A stretch of DNA of 62,951 nt, filler included, from Bonamia ostreae (Eukaryota): assembly GCA_040357525.1 (NCBI GenBank). It is 19 parts of 19 records of this genome, joined end to end, with 100 filler letters (N's around TTAATTAATTAA, not from the genome) between each part and the next. Parts side by side here need not be neighbours in the genome. Positions count along the whole stretch, not along the records: positions 1 to 3,294 come from JBDODL010000550.1; positions 3,395 to 6,686 come from JBDODL010000551.1; positions 6,787 to 10,052 come from JBDODL010000552.1; positions 10,153 to 13,418 come from JBDODL010000553.1; 15 more parts are not named here. One strand, 5' to 3'. The translations under genes were made by a program, and so were the position numbers. Positions 1-12,682 of this stretch are shown piece by piece (the first letter of the stretch is position 1; the number at the start of each line of letters is the position of its first letter). The notes beneath the pieces were generated by a model that ran no database searches, was not told the DNA's origin, and worked only from the letters and a program-made list of their open reading frames with translations.

Positions 1-17
1 CAAACATAAAGACAATT

Positions 18-1147
18 ATGAACAAAAATCATTTTCTCAGTATTTCGAGAAGCCAGTCTACATTCTTTAGACTGGAAAAAACAGATCTCGGAACGATGGA
101 AGTTTTCGATTATCCATCGATTTCGGACGACGAAATAAAATTTGTAATTCTGTTGACACCAGGTAATTTAATCGACACTCGAATAAAGGGAATCCGGGCG
201 TCATTCAAATCTATGAAAAGTTTTTGAAATCCTTGTATCTGTCGTTCAATAAGAAAGTTCGCGTAATCGGAGGTTTTTTGCCAATCATTTGAAAATGGTC
301 AAAACCAATAATTTAAAGTGGGACATTTGGGGCATTCAAAATATGACCACAACAACAAAAAAATTTTCACTGTAAATCAACAAATTGAAAAATCTGTCGT
401 TTTTATAAGAAAATTGGCGAAAGACAATAAGACCAAAATTATTTTGTTCGGGCACTCTTTGGGCAGTTACATCAACATAAACGTCGTAAAAGAGCACCCG
501 GAATTCCCTGTCATCTACATGATCCATCTGTTTCCGGTGCTTTGCAAATTGAACATCCCGTTTTCAGTCAGAGTTTTTAAAAATCTAAGTTTACTAAAAT
601 TCAAATTTTCGAAGCGACGATTTGACTAATGTCGCTCAAATTGCCACAAACCAATTAATGACAAAAAGCTAATTAGCATGCCATATTTTCGCAAAATCGT
701 TAGCTCCGTTGTATCCAGTCTCCCACAAACAACAAAACTGAAAGGTATCAAACTATTTTCTTATTCTGCGCAAGAAGCAGAGCTCGCGGTCGCATACTCT
801 TCAAATGATCATTTTCTTGAAAACATCCTCGCTATGGGCGACGAATTCATCGGAATGCTAGAAGAAGGGTTGCCTGATGACATTGTTTCCTCTATTAAGG
901 AAACCAAAGACAAAGCTCTCTTTGTTCACACAACTTTAGACAGATATGTGACACCGAAAGTGTTCAAATACATCCAGAGCACGATTGGATTTGGTTCATT
1001 AATTAAACAAATAAAGCAAAATTCACTGTGATACCAGCCGAAGAAAAAGTAGATCACGCTTTTGTCAAAAATGATAGTTATGATTTGGTGAAAAAAATTT
1101 GCATCGAAGAACTGGAAAATGCAAATTTCCTTAAAAATAAATATTGA
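18..1147 (+). CDS. LDAH: Lipid droplet-associated hydrolase-like alpha/beta hydrolase (multi-exon)
   Basis: Removing the 163-188 intron restores TPGNPGV; GHSLG nucleophile elbow; HLFP; C-terminal DHAFV; TGA at 1145-1147. Confidence 0.75.
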
Positions 1148-1446
1148 TGGTTCCTAATTTTTAACAATGATACATATTCAAATTTATGATGTGCATATTC
1201 GATAAAACAATCATGTAAAAAACAAAAGTAATTACAATTTTTATGGAAAATTTTAATTTTTGTTCCAATAAAAACTTAATTCTACGAAAATTTTGGTTAC
1301 AAAGATACGTAAAAATTGTCTTATGTCACTTTTACTGGCGTTATCTGGTGTCTGTACATTCTTTAAAGGATAGAAAATATTTTACATAAAAATATTTTCT
1401 GTTTTTAGAATAAAAAGTGTTTATTATCTCAAATTTCTACATTTAT

Positions 1447-2479
1447 TTACAATTCAATTCCGTGTTGTTCATTATCATAATTTGGTCCATTGTCATCTAC
1501 TTTTGAAAAATTGTGGTCGTTGTTGGTGCTTTCATCGTCTTTATTCTGGTTGTTGCTATCTTTATAAATTTTATCGATTTTACTTTTGTCATGTTTCCCT
1601 CGTCGAGATGTAATGTTTTCACTCTTAGATTTAGTACGATTGGTTTCAGCTCTTCTCGATCTAAAGATTCCAATGTTAACGGTGCCACAACAATCAATCG
1701 TGAATAAAATTGAAACAAAGATGGCAGTTATCCCAGTGATAGTCAATATTGTTATAACAATCACCATTTTAGTTCGAAAAAAGCACTCTGGTCTAAAAAA
1801 CACAATACTGTTCACACAGTAGCTATATCCATATTCCCTTCCGTCGAATGAATGATAAAGAAAATTGCATTTGTACACGCACACGGCGAAATCCATATTA
1901 GACTGACATCCGCGGAGCAAAACGCCATTAGAAAACGAAGACAAATCGCTGTAGCAGCTTGTTGCATGCGACTGATCAACGATTTCTGGGACGGGCTCGA
2001 CGGGTTTCCCTTTAAAACAAGTTATCGAGGCGTTATTGTGGTATCCGCCTCGTATTTTAAAATAGAAATTTGGCGAAGCGAATTCCAATTCGCAGTAATC
2101 CGCGAAAGTACTGTTTCCATTGAACAACCAACATTTGTTTGTTTCCAGAGAATCCAAATATTTGCCAAACGGGAATGGACACACTTTCAAAGTTAATTTG
2201 AATCAGAAAACGTTTAACTGACCTGTGAAAAAAGGGGGCTACGATTTTGTTTTGGCAAGTTAATGTCAGGTTTTTGGAGTAATTGAAATGGTTGAAACCA
2301 TTTACATATACGATTACTGATCCATCCTTTGCTTTAATATCGCATGTGCCATTGAACATATTTCCATCTGTGTTGCAGCCGTTAAAATAAACATTTGGAT
2401 CTGAAAGAAATGTTCCAATGCATTGTTCTGTTACAATTGCCGCAATTAATGGATTTAAAAGATAAACTAATAGATTCAT
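1447..2479 (-). CDS. Cys-rich type I membrane protein (signal peptide, about 3 degenerate Sushi-like modules, TM, charged tail)
   Basis: Two ORFs joined by a ~28-nt GT-AG intron near 2185-2212; hydrophobic N-terminus; TM MVIVITILTITGITAIFVSILF. Confidence 0.65.
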
Positions 2480-2660
2480 TTTATTTGTTTTTTTTTCAAG
2501 AAAATAGCGATATAAATTATTATATTTATTTGTAAAACATTAATTTTATTTTAAATTTGTAAATTCGGATTGGAAATATGTTAAATCAATTTTTTAAATA
2601 TTTTTTTCTAATCCAATTTAATCGATTTTAATTTTATTTGTAATTTGAAAATAATTTTAT

Positions 2661-3294
2661 TCAAATTTCGATATCTTTTGGATCATCAACTTTCGATTCC
2701 TTTGTCATCTTTTTAGAAATAAAATCGAAAATCCCAAAATTCTTCAAAAGCAAAACAGCCATTATTACGATAAGAAAAATAATCATAATCGCAATTAAAG
2801 AAAGTGTTATCACAAGTTTTTTCTGTAAAAAGCATTTTGGCAACTTGTTTATAGTTCCGTTTGAACAACTGGACATGTCAGAATACTTTCCATCTAAAGA
2901 TGCATACGGGAAATAGCATTTGTAGATGCATTTTCCATTGAAAACGTTTTCGTAACATCCATCCAACAAAACCCCGTTTTCAAATCTCGCCGCAATTTGA
3001 TCAAAACAATAATGCACATCGGATCGATTAACGACTCGAGGGAGATTATCTTTGACGTATCCATTGATACACGAAATAGATGTGTTTGTCGAATAACTGT
3101 ATTCACCAAATCTGAACATTTTTGTGTTTGGATTAAAGTTTAATTGGCAGTTTAGAAAAAAAGCTGTTCTTTTATTCACAAAATGACATTTTTCAGTTAT
3201 GAGATCATTTAAATATCGGAAGTAAGGAAATTTGCAGACTTTTTTCAAAAAATAAACTTGTAAAAATGTAAAATTTGAAATAAGAACTAATTTT
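2661..3294 (-). CDS. Tandem paralog of the 1447-2479 Cys-rich membrane protein (5' end missing)
   Basis: Shared blocks CxFPxxxYLxxLxTxKC, FxNGVLLxGC and CxYKCxFxYxSxDG, followed by a TM segment. Confidence 0.7.
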
Positions 3295-3394
3295 NNNNNN
3301 NNNNNNNNNNNNNNNNNNNNNNNNNNNNNNNNNNNNNNTTAATTAATTAANNNNNNNNNNNNNNNNNNNNNNNNNNNNNNNNNNNNNNNNNNNN
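3295..3394. other. Artificial contig linker (N44-TTAATTAATTAA-N44); first of 18. The others start at 6687, 10053, 13419, 16782, 20138, 23491, 26829, 30155, 33451, 36745, 40031, 43313, 46593, 49871, 53146, 56420 and 59687
   Basis: Identical 100-bp spacers with stops in all six frames; the flanking contigs decrease monotonically in length. Confidence 0.98.
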
Positions 3395-3520
3395 CCCGGC
3401 AGCGAAGGCGCCTAAAATCAAAAAAATTAGGGTTAAAGGCGCCTCCCCGTCAGCAATTAAACATAAAGTTCCGGGAGACATTGCTGGGCGGGTCAAACAT
3501 TCGACCTTAAGCCCCGGACA
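3395..3520 (-). other. GC-rich structured element inside an AMPD intron (candidate ncRNA, ribozyme-like RNA or MITE), truncated by the contig end
   Basis: Several complementary blocks with G-U pairs on the minus strand, in an otherwise AT-rich background. Confidence 0.4.
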
Positions 3521-3562
3521 TTAAAATATTTTAGTCGTTTAAAATGTTTCTTTCGCAAAAAC

Positions 3563-4373
3563 GTGCATGTCCAAATAGTCGATTGAGAGATTGTACTGAC
3601 TGATTCCGAGAGATTTCGCTACTTCTCCGAGACTCATTTCTTTCCCATCTTCGTTTTTCGTGACTATTACGGAAGACTCAGTGCGCACTTTTCGCTTGAC
3701 GAAACGGAGAAATTGCTTTTGGTTCATGCAAGCGGAATGATGGACATGGTTGTCCACCTTGATGATGTTGTAAAAGTCTTTGTGGGGGAACATTTTGACT
3801 TCCTCCGTTTCGCTCATGTCGTTCAGAATGACGTGCAAATCAAATCTCGCGCAGAGGATCTTCAATCTGTTGTAGGCGAGAGACTTCGCAGCTCCTTTCG
3901 AAACGAGCTTCATCAAATCCGCCAAATCGCCGAAGAATTCGTCTCTTGAAATAACTTCGCGCTCTTCCTCGTCTCCATCTTCGTTTCTGGTCCTCACGTG
4001 ATAAACTCCATCTTTTAAGCTGAGCTCGGTATCGAGTCGGGGAGGGGAATTGAGATTTTTCGTGTCGGCTATTTCTTCGAGAGAATATTTTGGTATTTGG
4101 GTTTGCATATCCTTTTGGTATTTTTCTCGTATAGATAGCATGTTTTTGATCATATCACAGACTATCTTCGCTTCATGAGATTTTTTGCTTTTGTTTGTTA
4201 TCTAATTTTTGTTTTAGCCATATTAATTTTCAGAGAATTCGCGATTTTGACCATTACATTTAGTTTTTATAGCAGATATTGACCATTTTAAAAACTTTAA
4301 CTTTCTGGAATGTCGGGGATTCCGTCAGAATATTTTGAGACGGATATCTATCTAACTTGTACGATTCATCCAT
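3563..4373 (-). CDS. AMPD: AMP deaminase, 5' part (3' exons lie beyond the contig end)
   Basis: RLKILCARFDLH, PHKDFYNIIKVDNHVHHSACMNQK and LSIDYLDMH motifs; start position approximate. Confidence 0.92.
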
Positions 4374-4543
4374 ATAAGATTGTTTAACGCGTTAGTTAAT
4401 TTTAGTATAACTACAATTTAGTTTAAAGAACAAATTATTAAAAGGATAGATTTATCAAATCTTTTTAATTCACTCTAAAGATTTAACTAAACACATAGTA
4501 AATATTAAAATTTAATGTAGAAAAATGAAATTTGTTTTAAAGT

Positions 4544-6660
4544 TTATTCTTCTATATCTTCTGCTTCAAAATTTTCAATGTCTACAATTTCAAACATTTC
4601 CTCATCCATTTCTTCATCTATAAACATTTGTTGTTTACTAGTATTTGTTTTTGTGTCTTCGTTAACAATATCTGTTCTTGTTTTGTTTTGTTTTATTTTT
4701 TTCTCGGCAATATCGCCATTTTTCATTATTGGTAGATTTTCATTGCTTATTCTTTTATTCTTATCCCTCAACATGCTCACAATTTCTGTTTCTCTGCCAA
4801 ATATATTCCGAAGAATGTCTTTATCAAGTTTTTCATCGTCTTCCAATTCTTTGCTAAAATTATCGTTATTAAAAATATCATTTTCGTTCATCGAATTGAT
4901 TTCCGCATCAGAATTACCTTCCAAATTAAGTTCTTTGTTGTCTGAATCAAGAGGATCCTTTATGTCTTCAAAACCAGAGAAAATATCAAAGTCTTCGTCT
5001 AAATCGTCTAATTGACTTTTGTTCACTTTGATGTAAATGAAGACCAATCCCGACAAAAACATTAATGTACAGATGACAATTATCAAATAAACCCACCAAG
5101 CCAATCCGTACTGGTTGATTTTAACGCATTGTGTTTTGTCTTTGTTCATCACATATCCTTTGACGCATTCTAAATCTTATAATGGAAACGGCATTCAGTT
5201 TTTTCCTCGTTCGGAGCGGAATAGTTTGGGCAAACTAAGCAATCCATTGTGATTGAGTTGTAGCTTTCGTTTTCTTTGCATTTTCCACAATAAGATCCGT
5301 TTACGATCGGATAAAATCCATTCGGGCAATTCTCTACTAAATCTGGGCATTTCCTATAGTCTTTTGAACTTTAGAAATAAACTCATGACACACGGGAAGC
5401 ACGATTTAAAAACAGCTTCGTAAAATTGGTTATAAGCACATTTTCCGCATTTTCGAGCACTGTCGATGGGATATTCTTGTTCTTTGCAAACTTCTATAAA
5501 TATTAATATATTCAACCGCATTTCCGTGTTATAACATTAAGAACGTTGTTGCCTTTACAAAAAACACAACTTTTGTCAGTTAAAGAATAAATCAAATGAT
5601 TGTCACAAGTACCACAAACACTACCTTCTTTGATAGGGTATTTTCCTTCATCGCATTTTCCTAATTTTGAAATTTTGTAGAACTAGACAAACGACAAATT
5701 TATCAATAATAAAAACTGCATCCCAATCCTTCTTCAAAAATAAACTCATTTTCACAACGATTGCAAACTTTTAACTCTTCGTTGTAAAAATCACCTTCTC
5801 CGCAGTTACCACAAAGTGTACCCCTCTCTAACGGATACTGTCCCTCCTCACAAGATACTTAATTTAATTTAATCAAACCGCATTTGTTTAATTTACTGTC
5901 GGGCACACTATTCCCTTTGCATTCAATACAAGATCGCGTGAAAGAGTTATAAAGAGTGTTATCAGGACAAACAGCACACCTTTTCCCGTTGTCGATAGAA
6001 AATGTACCTTCTTCACATTCGACTTTAAAATTATTAAAATGACCGCATTTAAAAGTATCCAAATCGAAAGCAAAATTGCCCTCGCAATAAACACAATCTC
6101 TTTGTTCTTTATCGTAAAACGACTGGTTTCTACAGTTGCCACATTCTTTTCCTAAATCAATTGCATAATTGCTGCCTTCACACAATTCTGTTTTTTGTGT
6201 TTCAAATTTTATTTAATGTCTATAAAAACGACAATTATCCCTGTTATCATTAAGCACGCTATTGTAGTCACAAAAAATGCAAAGTTGTTTCGATGAATCA
6301 AAATAAGAAAATTTTGGGCAGAAAACTTTTTACATAAAATATTGTTACCACAACCATCTCTACTCGTGTTAACAAACTCGTTATTGCCACATAGTTCACA
6401 CCGTTGAGTCAAATCGCTATAATAAGTTTGTCCGATACACTCTCCACATCTAGTTCTATTATCTAATGGACGCAATCCATTTTCACAAATTCCTTTATTC
6501 GATAATCTAAAAAACTACAGCCGTCTCTGTTGATGTTGATAATACTGTTACCAGTACATAACTCGCATGTTTTTTGTCCTTTTATATAAACCCCGTTTTC
6601 AGGGCAAATACCGCATGTTGTTCCAGATTTAATAGGATAATTAGGCTCTTCACATTCGTC
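4544..6660 (-). CDS. Cys-rich repeat (CxxC, VSP/furin-like) type I membrane protein with acidic cytoplasmic tail; 5' end missing
   Basis: About 9 exons, most encoding a ~47-aa C-x4-YPI-x2-G-x2-CGxC-x5-Y-x6-CxxCxGN-x9-C unit; TM WWVYLIIVICTLMFLSGLVFIYI. Confidence 0.75.
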
Positions 6661-6786
6661 TAAAATACATACAAATATTCATTTTANNNNNNNNNNNNNN
6701 NNNNNNNNNNNNNNNNNNNNNNNNNNNNNNTTAATTAATTAANNNNNNNNNNNNNNNNNNNNNNNNNNNNNNNNNNNNNNNNNNNN

Positions 6787-9078
6787 AAAATATTATTGTT
6801 TTGTTGTCAGAGGTACATAAAATATTGAAACTTGTCCCAAAATAGCGTCAATATTGTTTAAAAATCGTATAGAATCAAAATTGACAATAAAATTGAAATC
6901 CATTTTGTTTCGGTGCATCAGATCGAAAGCAGATTTGTATTTTAAATCGAGGATCAATTTTTTCAGCATTTCAAATAAAAATATTCGCGGATAAACGGTC
7001 TCGAAGTTACCTCTTTCCGCCATTAAAACTATTTTTTCGTCGTTTACGTAAACTAATTGGCTTTTTTGCTCCGCCACTCTTTAAAAGTTCAAGAATTGCT
7101 AAATTTGAAACCTGTAACAATCCTTTGTAACAGAATTGTTGAGGAAATGTTCTTTGACGAGTTTATCGAGAGACATGAAGAACAAGACGCATTGAGATCC
7201 TTCTGTCAGAAAAACGAAGAAATGGCTGTTTTTGGCGATGTCGATGCAGTTTGGATGCACCAACTTTTCACCGATGTAAAGTTGGTTTCGCCCATTTATT
7301 CCAACTATCACTTCCTTTTAATTTTTGCCATTTTTAGTTTTAAAGAGCGATTGCTGCAACATTTTTATTTGCAATTTTTACAAAATTTGGGCAAAGAATT
7401 AACAAAAACTTCGGTTTCAATACCGTTAGAAAAAAACAGAACATCCCATTTTTCATAAAAACTCGTAAATCCAAAATTCTCTGTCAGAACCAAAACAACA
7501 TTTTTCTTCATGTTCATGTTAACCAAATCAAAGTTTTGAAGGATTGTCGACCACTTTAATCTGTAAAAGCCGTTTTTCGGTGTTTGGAAATAAACAGAAT
7601 CTTTTTTTACTAAAATTACCATTTTGTTCATTGTACTTTGCGTCTACAACGCCGAAATCCAAAATCCGTTTTGTTTTTGGCTCAGCGCCTGTCAAAACGG
7701 CAAAAACACGGTTTTCGTCGTTCAAATACAAAAAAATGCCATTTTTGTAAACCAAGAATTTCCGAAAATCGCTTTTAAGCTCATTTTCGATTTTTTCATG
7801 AAAATTGTTTTTATCGATTTGATACGAAATCGCTTTGTTTTCGGAATTTAGAATCAAGATTTCTTCGCTTTTTTCTTTAAAGATAACGTCTTTTGCACAT
7901 TCGGAGCCAATTTTGATCTTCGAATGACAAAGCGGCGGCGGAATGGTCCCTTTCCCCAAATTGGAGATGTTGACCTCCGCGGCGTTGACCACAGCCAAAC
8001 TGTTTTGCGAAGACAAACTGAACCTCGCTGACATTCTTATAACGGAAAGTGCTCCATTTTTTAACAGAACGCAAATTTCGCCGCTGTTCGTCCAAATAGC
8101 GGTCTCAACGAAATGGTCGAATGTCAGCACTTTCTTCAAGTACCAGAAGTAATTGCGACAAGAATAAAAGGCGATTTTGTTTTTGGCGGAAACAGCCAAA
8201 ATATCGCTAAAAGCGTTAAAATTTAGACAGATTTGGTCAAAATCGTCAAAAATCGGCGACAGCGACATTTTGCCGTGCGGCAATCCGTTTCTTTCGAAAA
8301 ATAGGATTGTCTTATTGGCGCCAGATTTTGATATTCCAAAATCGTTTCCGACGACGTTGATCAGATTTGTGTCCGTATTCCAGTCGACCGAACTGCAAAT
8401 CGAACCGGCGAAGAACGATTTGCTTTTGGAAACAACATCGCCTTTTCTGTCCAAAACGACGATTCTTCCTTTATTCGACCCTGATTCGCGGAAATTTATT
8501 GCCAGCAAATCCCCATTTCGTCTCCAACGCATCGAAGCCGATTCGATCGAACTATCGCTTTCTTCCGTTAATTTCAAGTCGGTTTCGAGGATGGTCTCGA
8601 ACCCGCTCGACAGAAAGCTGATTTTCCCGTTCGACGAAAGTATCGACAAAACAGTTTTTTCCGCGTCCCAAATCGCGCAGAGCGGAAATACGGATGCCCC
8701 GTCCTTCTCTTTCAGGACACCGACTTCTTTAAAACTTTCGTCGTAAATGCCGAACGACGATATAATTCCGTTCTTGAAGACGATACAAAGCGATTCGCTT
8801 TCCCGCAAATAATCAAAAGAAGCGATTCCGTAATCCGAACGAACTAATTTCGCCGACTCTGGGCTAAAATCTCTTTCCGAGAAAGAGAACATTTTGGTCT
8901 TAATGTTCTCCTCGCTAAAAAAGTCTGAAACTACGTAGAAAGTCATTTTAACGGGGCTCTTATTGACCGAGACGACAAATGTCTTTTTAGACGATCTGTC
9001 GAAACAAAGACTTTTTTGGTCGCTGTCACTTATTTTCAAGTCGACCTTTTTGCTAAAACGTATGAACAAATTTTTCAT
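6787..9078 (-). CDS. ELP1: Elongator complex protein 1 (IKI3), 3' truncated
   Basis: MKNL start, WRRNG, FFERNGLPHG, RNYFWYLK, IPPP, RGNFETVYPR motifs; the frame changes are explained by introns such as 7601-7619. Confidence 0.92.
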
Positions 9079-9160
9079 CTCTAAAAATTTAACAAAAGCT
9101 AAAAACGTTACTGTTTTAATTGTTTACATAAAATAATTTGGATTGAAACAAGCTTAAAAA

Positions 9161-10052
9161 ATGGTAATGACTTTGTTAATTTTGAAGACAAACGATAATA
9201 AGACTGATCAGAGAATCGAGTTCAGCGGCAAAAAAGACCGTTCCGAAGGCGAGACAGAGAGACCACAGACTTCACAAGACAACTCCCAAAACTCAGAAAC
9301 AACGAACAAGTCATTTTCAAATTCGCAAGAAAACTCGGAAGAACAGATTTTTCGAAAAATCATTTTCGAGAGAAAACAAAGAAAAATCGACTTTGTTCAT
9401 TTTTTTCAATTAAAGCTCAAATTCGACGCACAACAAAATTATCTTTGGAACCAATACAATCTCGCGGTTTCTGAGAAAAATAGACAAATCTACGAAACCG
9501 TTTCCAACATAAAACACGCCAAAGAAGCTCTTTTCGAAAATCTAAATTTTAGTTTTGTCTAAATATTTGCAAAGGCTCGGACAGCACAATCGTCTCAAAA
9601 GCGATATCTTGGTACAAAAACACTTTGCTCAAGGAAATCTCGAATAACAGTTCTAATCTCAAAAAAATCGATTTTCTTCAAACTGAAATTAAAGAAAAGC
9701 AAGAATCGCTAAATTTTAACAATAAAAAAATCGACCAAAAAACAAAAGAAATAAAAGATTTGATTGAAAAACATCAAAAAGTTTTCAAAAAAATCAAAAT
9801 TTCGAAAATTCAACATTAAAAATTAGAAAATAGAAGAAAATGAAGTTAAAATAAAATTGCTGAACGACATGAAAAAAAAATCAGAAATTGATTATAACGC
9901 CAAATTACAAAAACTTCAAAACAAAATCAATTTGGACATGAAAGAAAGCGAAGAAAAAATTGCCAAAGCCGCAAAAGAAAAGCAATCGGAAAATTTGCTG
10001 CACAAAAGAAAACTCGCAAAACTGTCGAAAGACTTTAAAATTGTTTTGAACA
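9161..10052 (+). CDS. Coiled-coil protein of unknown function (multi-exon, truncated)
   Basis: Lys/Glu-rich ORFs separated by short GT-AG introns; head-to-head with ELP1. Confidence 0.45.
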
Positions 10053-10152
10053 NNNNNNNNNNNNNNNNNNNNNNNNNNNNNNNNNNNNNNNNNNNNTTAA
10101 TTAATTAANNNNNNNNNNNNNNNNNNNNNNNNNNNNNNNNNNNNNNNNNNNN

Positions 10153-12682
10153 ATACAATAAAAATAGCATTAACGCGACAGAATTTGGAGGAGGAGTAGC
10201 AGAAATGCGCCCAAATAATGCAAGATTTATGCGTGAATTCAATATAGATGGAGATTGGGCTGTTATCGACGGTTGCGAAGATTTTTATAACGCGACTGTT
10301 CATATTCACGAAGGAATACAAAATCCAAATTATAGTCCTCTGAGCAAAAAGGTTTATAAATTATTGCTCATGTTTCAATAACGACAATCGAATAAAAGGA
10401 ACTAGAAGTGTTATCAATGATTGCCGTGAATAACTTTTCGCGAATGGAGAACAGAAAACTGTTTCAACAATACGACGTTATTTGGATCGACGACCCTCAG
10501 CCCCTCGGGATGATACCAATGATTAAAGTCATACACCCGGAAATACCTCTTCTTTGGCGTTGTCATGTACACGCTGATCCAGAACCTTCAATAAGAACAT
10601 ATTTGTCAGAAGTACTTGAAGGTGTATTCAATGTCGACACACACAAAATAATTCACAAATTTATGCTCGAAAAATTTAATTTGGACATGACGAAATTGGT
10701 TAAAGAAAAATTGAGAGTAAACGGGGCGATTTTTCACCTGAAAGAGTTTGCGAAAGGATTGAAATTATCGAATGAAGTGCCTGTTTTTATAATGGGACCA
10801 GTTTTTTATTTATAATTATAGCGATTTGTACGTCAAAAATTGTTAAATTTTCAAAAAATGCAATAAAAAATCTCTATTTTCTATAAAAATTGAAAATTTG
10901 CAAAAATGAAATAAAAAATTGCGGCATTTGCAAATCTGAAAAAAAGCAAATTTACAAATTAAATAGGCCATTGATCCTCTTTCGTTTAAAAACATGCCCG
11001 TTTCGCAAGATTTCATCATTTCAACTTTGGCTCATTACGGTATTATCAAAGCAGAAAAACACGACGAAGAATACCAAATGAGACTTCGCTCGTCTTCAAT
11101 CGCAATAATTCCAAACATCAACAAATTCACCAAAAAAAGACGAAGCACTTTAAATTCGTCTCCCTGGGACCACATTGTGCCGCCGTACATTCTCGAAGTC
11201 TCGAGATACGACCCATACAAAGGTCCTTTCGAAGTACTTGTTTCTTTCATAGAAGCAATTCGCGAACTTGATCCGAAAATAATTGAAGAAAACTTTCTAA
11301 AAGACAATTTCCGTTTTGTCTTCGCCGCGTCCACGCCCGGAGACAATCCCAGCGGCGCCCAAATCTTCGAAAATCTGAAAAACTTTACAAGGAATCTTAG
11401 TATTCTCGAGGAAAAGGGCATCGAAACTCTTCGCGAACGCATTTTTCTGTTATCGCTCAAAGACCAGAGACGCGTCGAAATTTTGAGAAAGACAATTTTC
11501 GACAAGATTTGGGAGACCTCCAAACACAGAGACGAAATGATGGTCAGTGAAGTGCTCATGCAAAATTCAGTCTCCCCGTTGAATGAATTGATCGAAAAAC
11601 TGTCGGAGGGCCCGTCTCCGCTTATCCCGGAAGATACCGCAAAGTTCATTTTGGCCGAAGGGGATAAACTGATCAAAGCGAACTCGAGTGCTTATTTTAC
11701 AGTGGAACAGACTGTTAATGCGGCCGAGTTTTTCAAACAATCTGAAATTTTGGACGTTTCGATGTGGACCAAAGTTTTTTCGAATTCTTTGACGGGAAAA
11801 AATATAAATCATCTTGAAGTTAATGCTTTGCAGACTGGTGCATTTGTGCGTTGTCAGTTTTCGAGGTTTTTGTATTCTATTAACAATCTTTGTTACAATT
11901 CTTTTGTTTTTGTTACAATACTTTTGTTTGTTTTTGTGTTGTTNNNNNNNNNNNNNNNNNNNNNNNNNNNNNNNNNNNNNNNNNNNNNNNNNNNNNNNNN
12001 NNNNNNNNNNNNNNNNNNNNNNNNNNNNNNNNNNNNNNNNNNNTTGTTACAATTCTTTTGTTTTTGTTACAATACTTTTGTTTGTTTTTGTGTTGTTACA
12101 ATTCTTTTGTTTTTGTGTTGTTACAATTCTTTTGTTTTTGTTTTTGTTTTTGTTACAATACTTTAGTTTGTTTTTGTGTTGTTACAATTCTTTTGTTTTA
12201 TTAAAATTGAAATAATTCTGACATATTTTTTACATTAAAGCAAAGAGGGGTTTGGACTAGTTGTCTCTGAAGCAATGATTAAATCAGAACAATGTACTCC
12301 GCCCGTTAACGGCGTAATGGTAGCGACGACGGTTGGCGGAGTTAAAAGCCAGGTGCACGAAGAAGTCGGTATTCCTGTCGAATATCCAAACGAAGAGGTG
12401 GAACAAAGCTTGTTGATGTACAGAAACATGCGGCCCGGAGATGTGGACAACAAAGAAGGCGCCGACAACCTCTACAAAGAGATATCCTCACGGCAATCGG
12501 TGAAAGATTTCAAAGATGCCATTTTAAAAGCGATAAGGATGCCACACAACGAAAGGGAGTTTAAGAGCCATTCAGCAAGGAATTTTATTCTCAACAATTA
12601 TTCCATCCATTCGAATGTACACAATATTTTAAAAACGGTTCGCGACGTTGTCGCAAAGTTTTATCAAAAACGAGAGTGCTAA
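10153..12682 (+). CDS. Trehalose synthase/phosphorylase (TreT-like GT4 glycosyltransferase), 5' truncated
   Basis: INATEFGGGVAEM, IDDPQPLG, WRCHVH, IDPLSFKN, VSRYDPYKG, and SKEGFGLVVSEA after splicing 11866-12240. Confidence 0.85.
11889..12200 (+). repeat. Intronic minisatellite (TGTTACAAT[TA]CTTTTGTTT... units) with an internal 100-N gap
   Basis: Visible tandem copies between the GT donor at 11866 and the AG acceptor at 12240. Confidence 0.9.

Noticed and set aside
3427-3436. TAACCCTAA as a telomerase RNA template
   Set aside because: It lies 3' of the pseudoknot, the reverse of the usual order, and inside a hairpin loop; a 9-mer alone is insufficient
11889-12200. CRISPR-like array
   Set aside because: Low-complexity tandem units without unique spacers, inside a eukaryotic intron, with no cas genes
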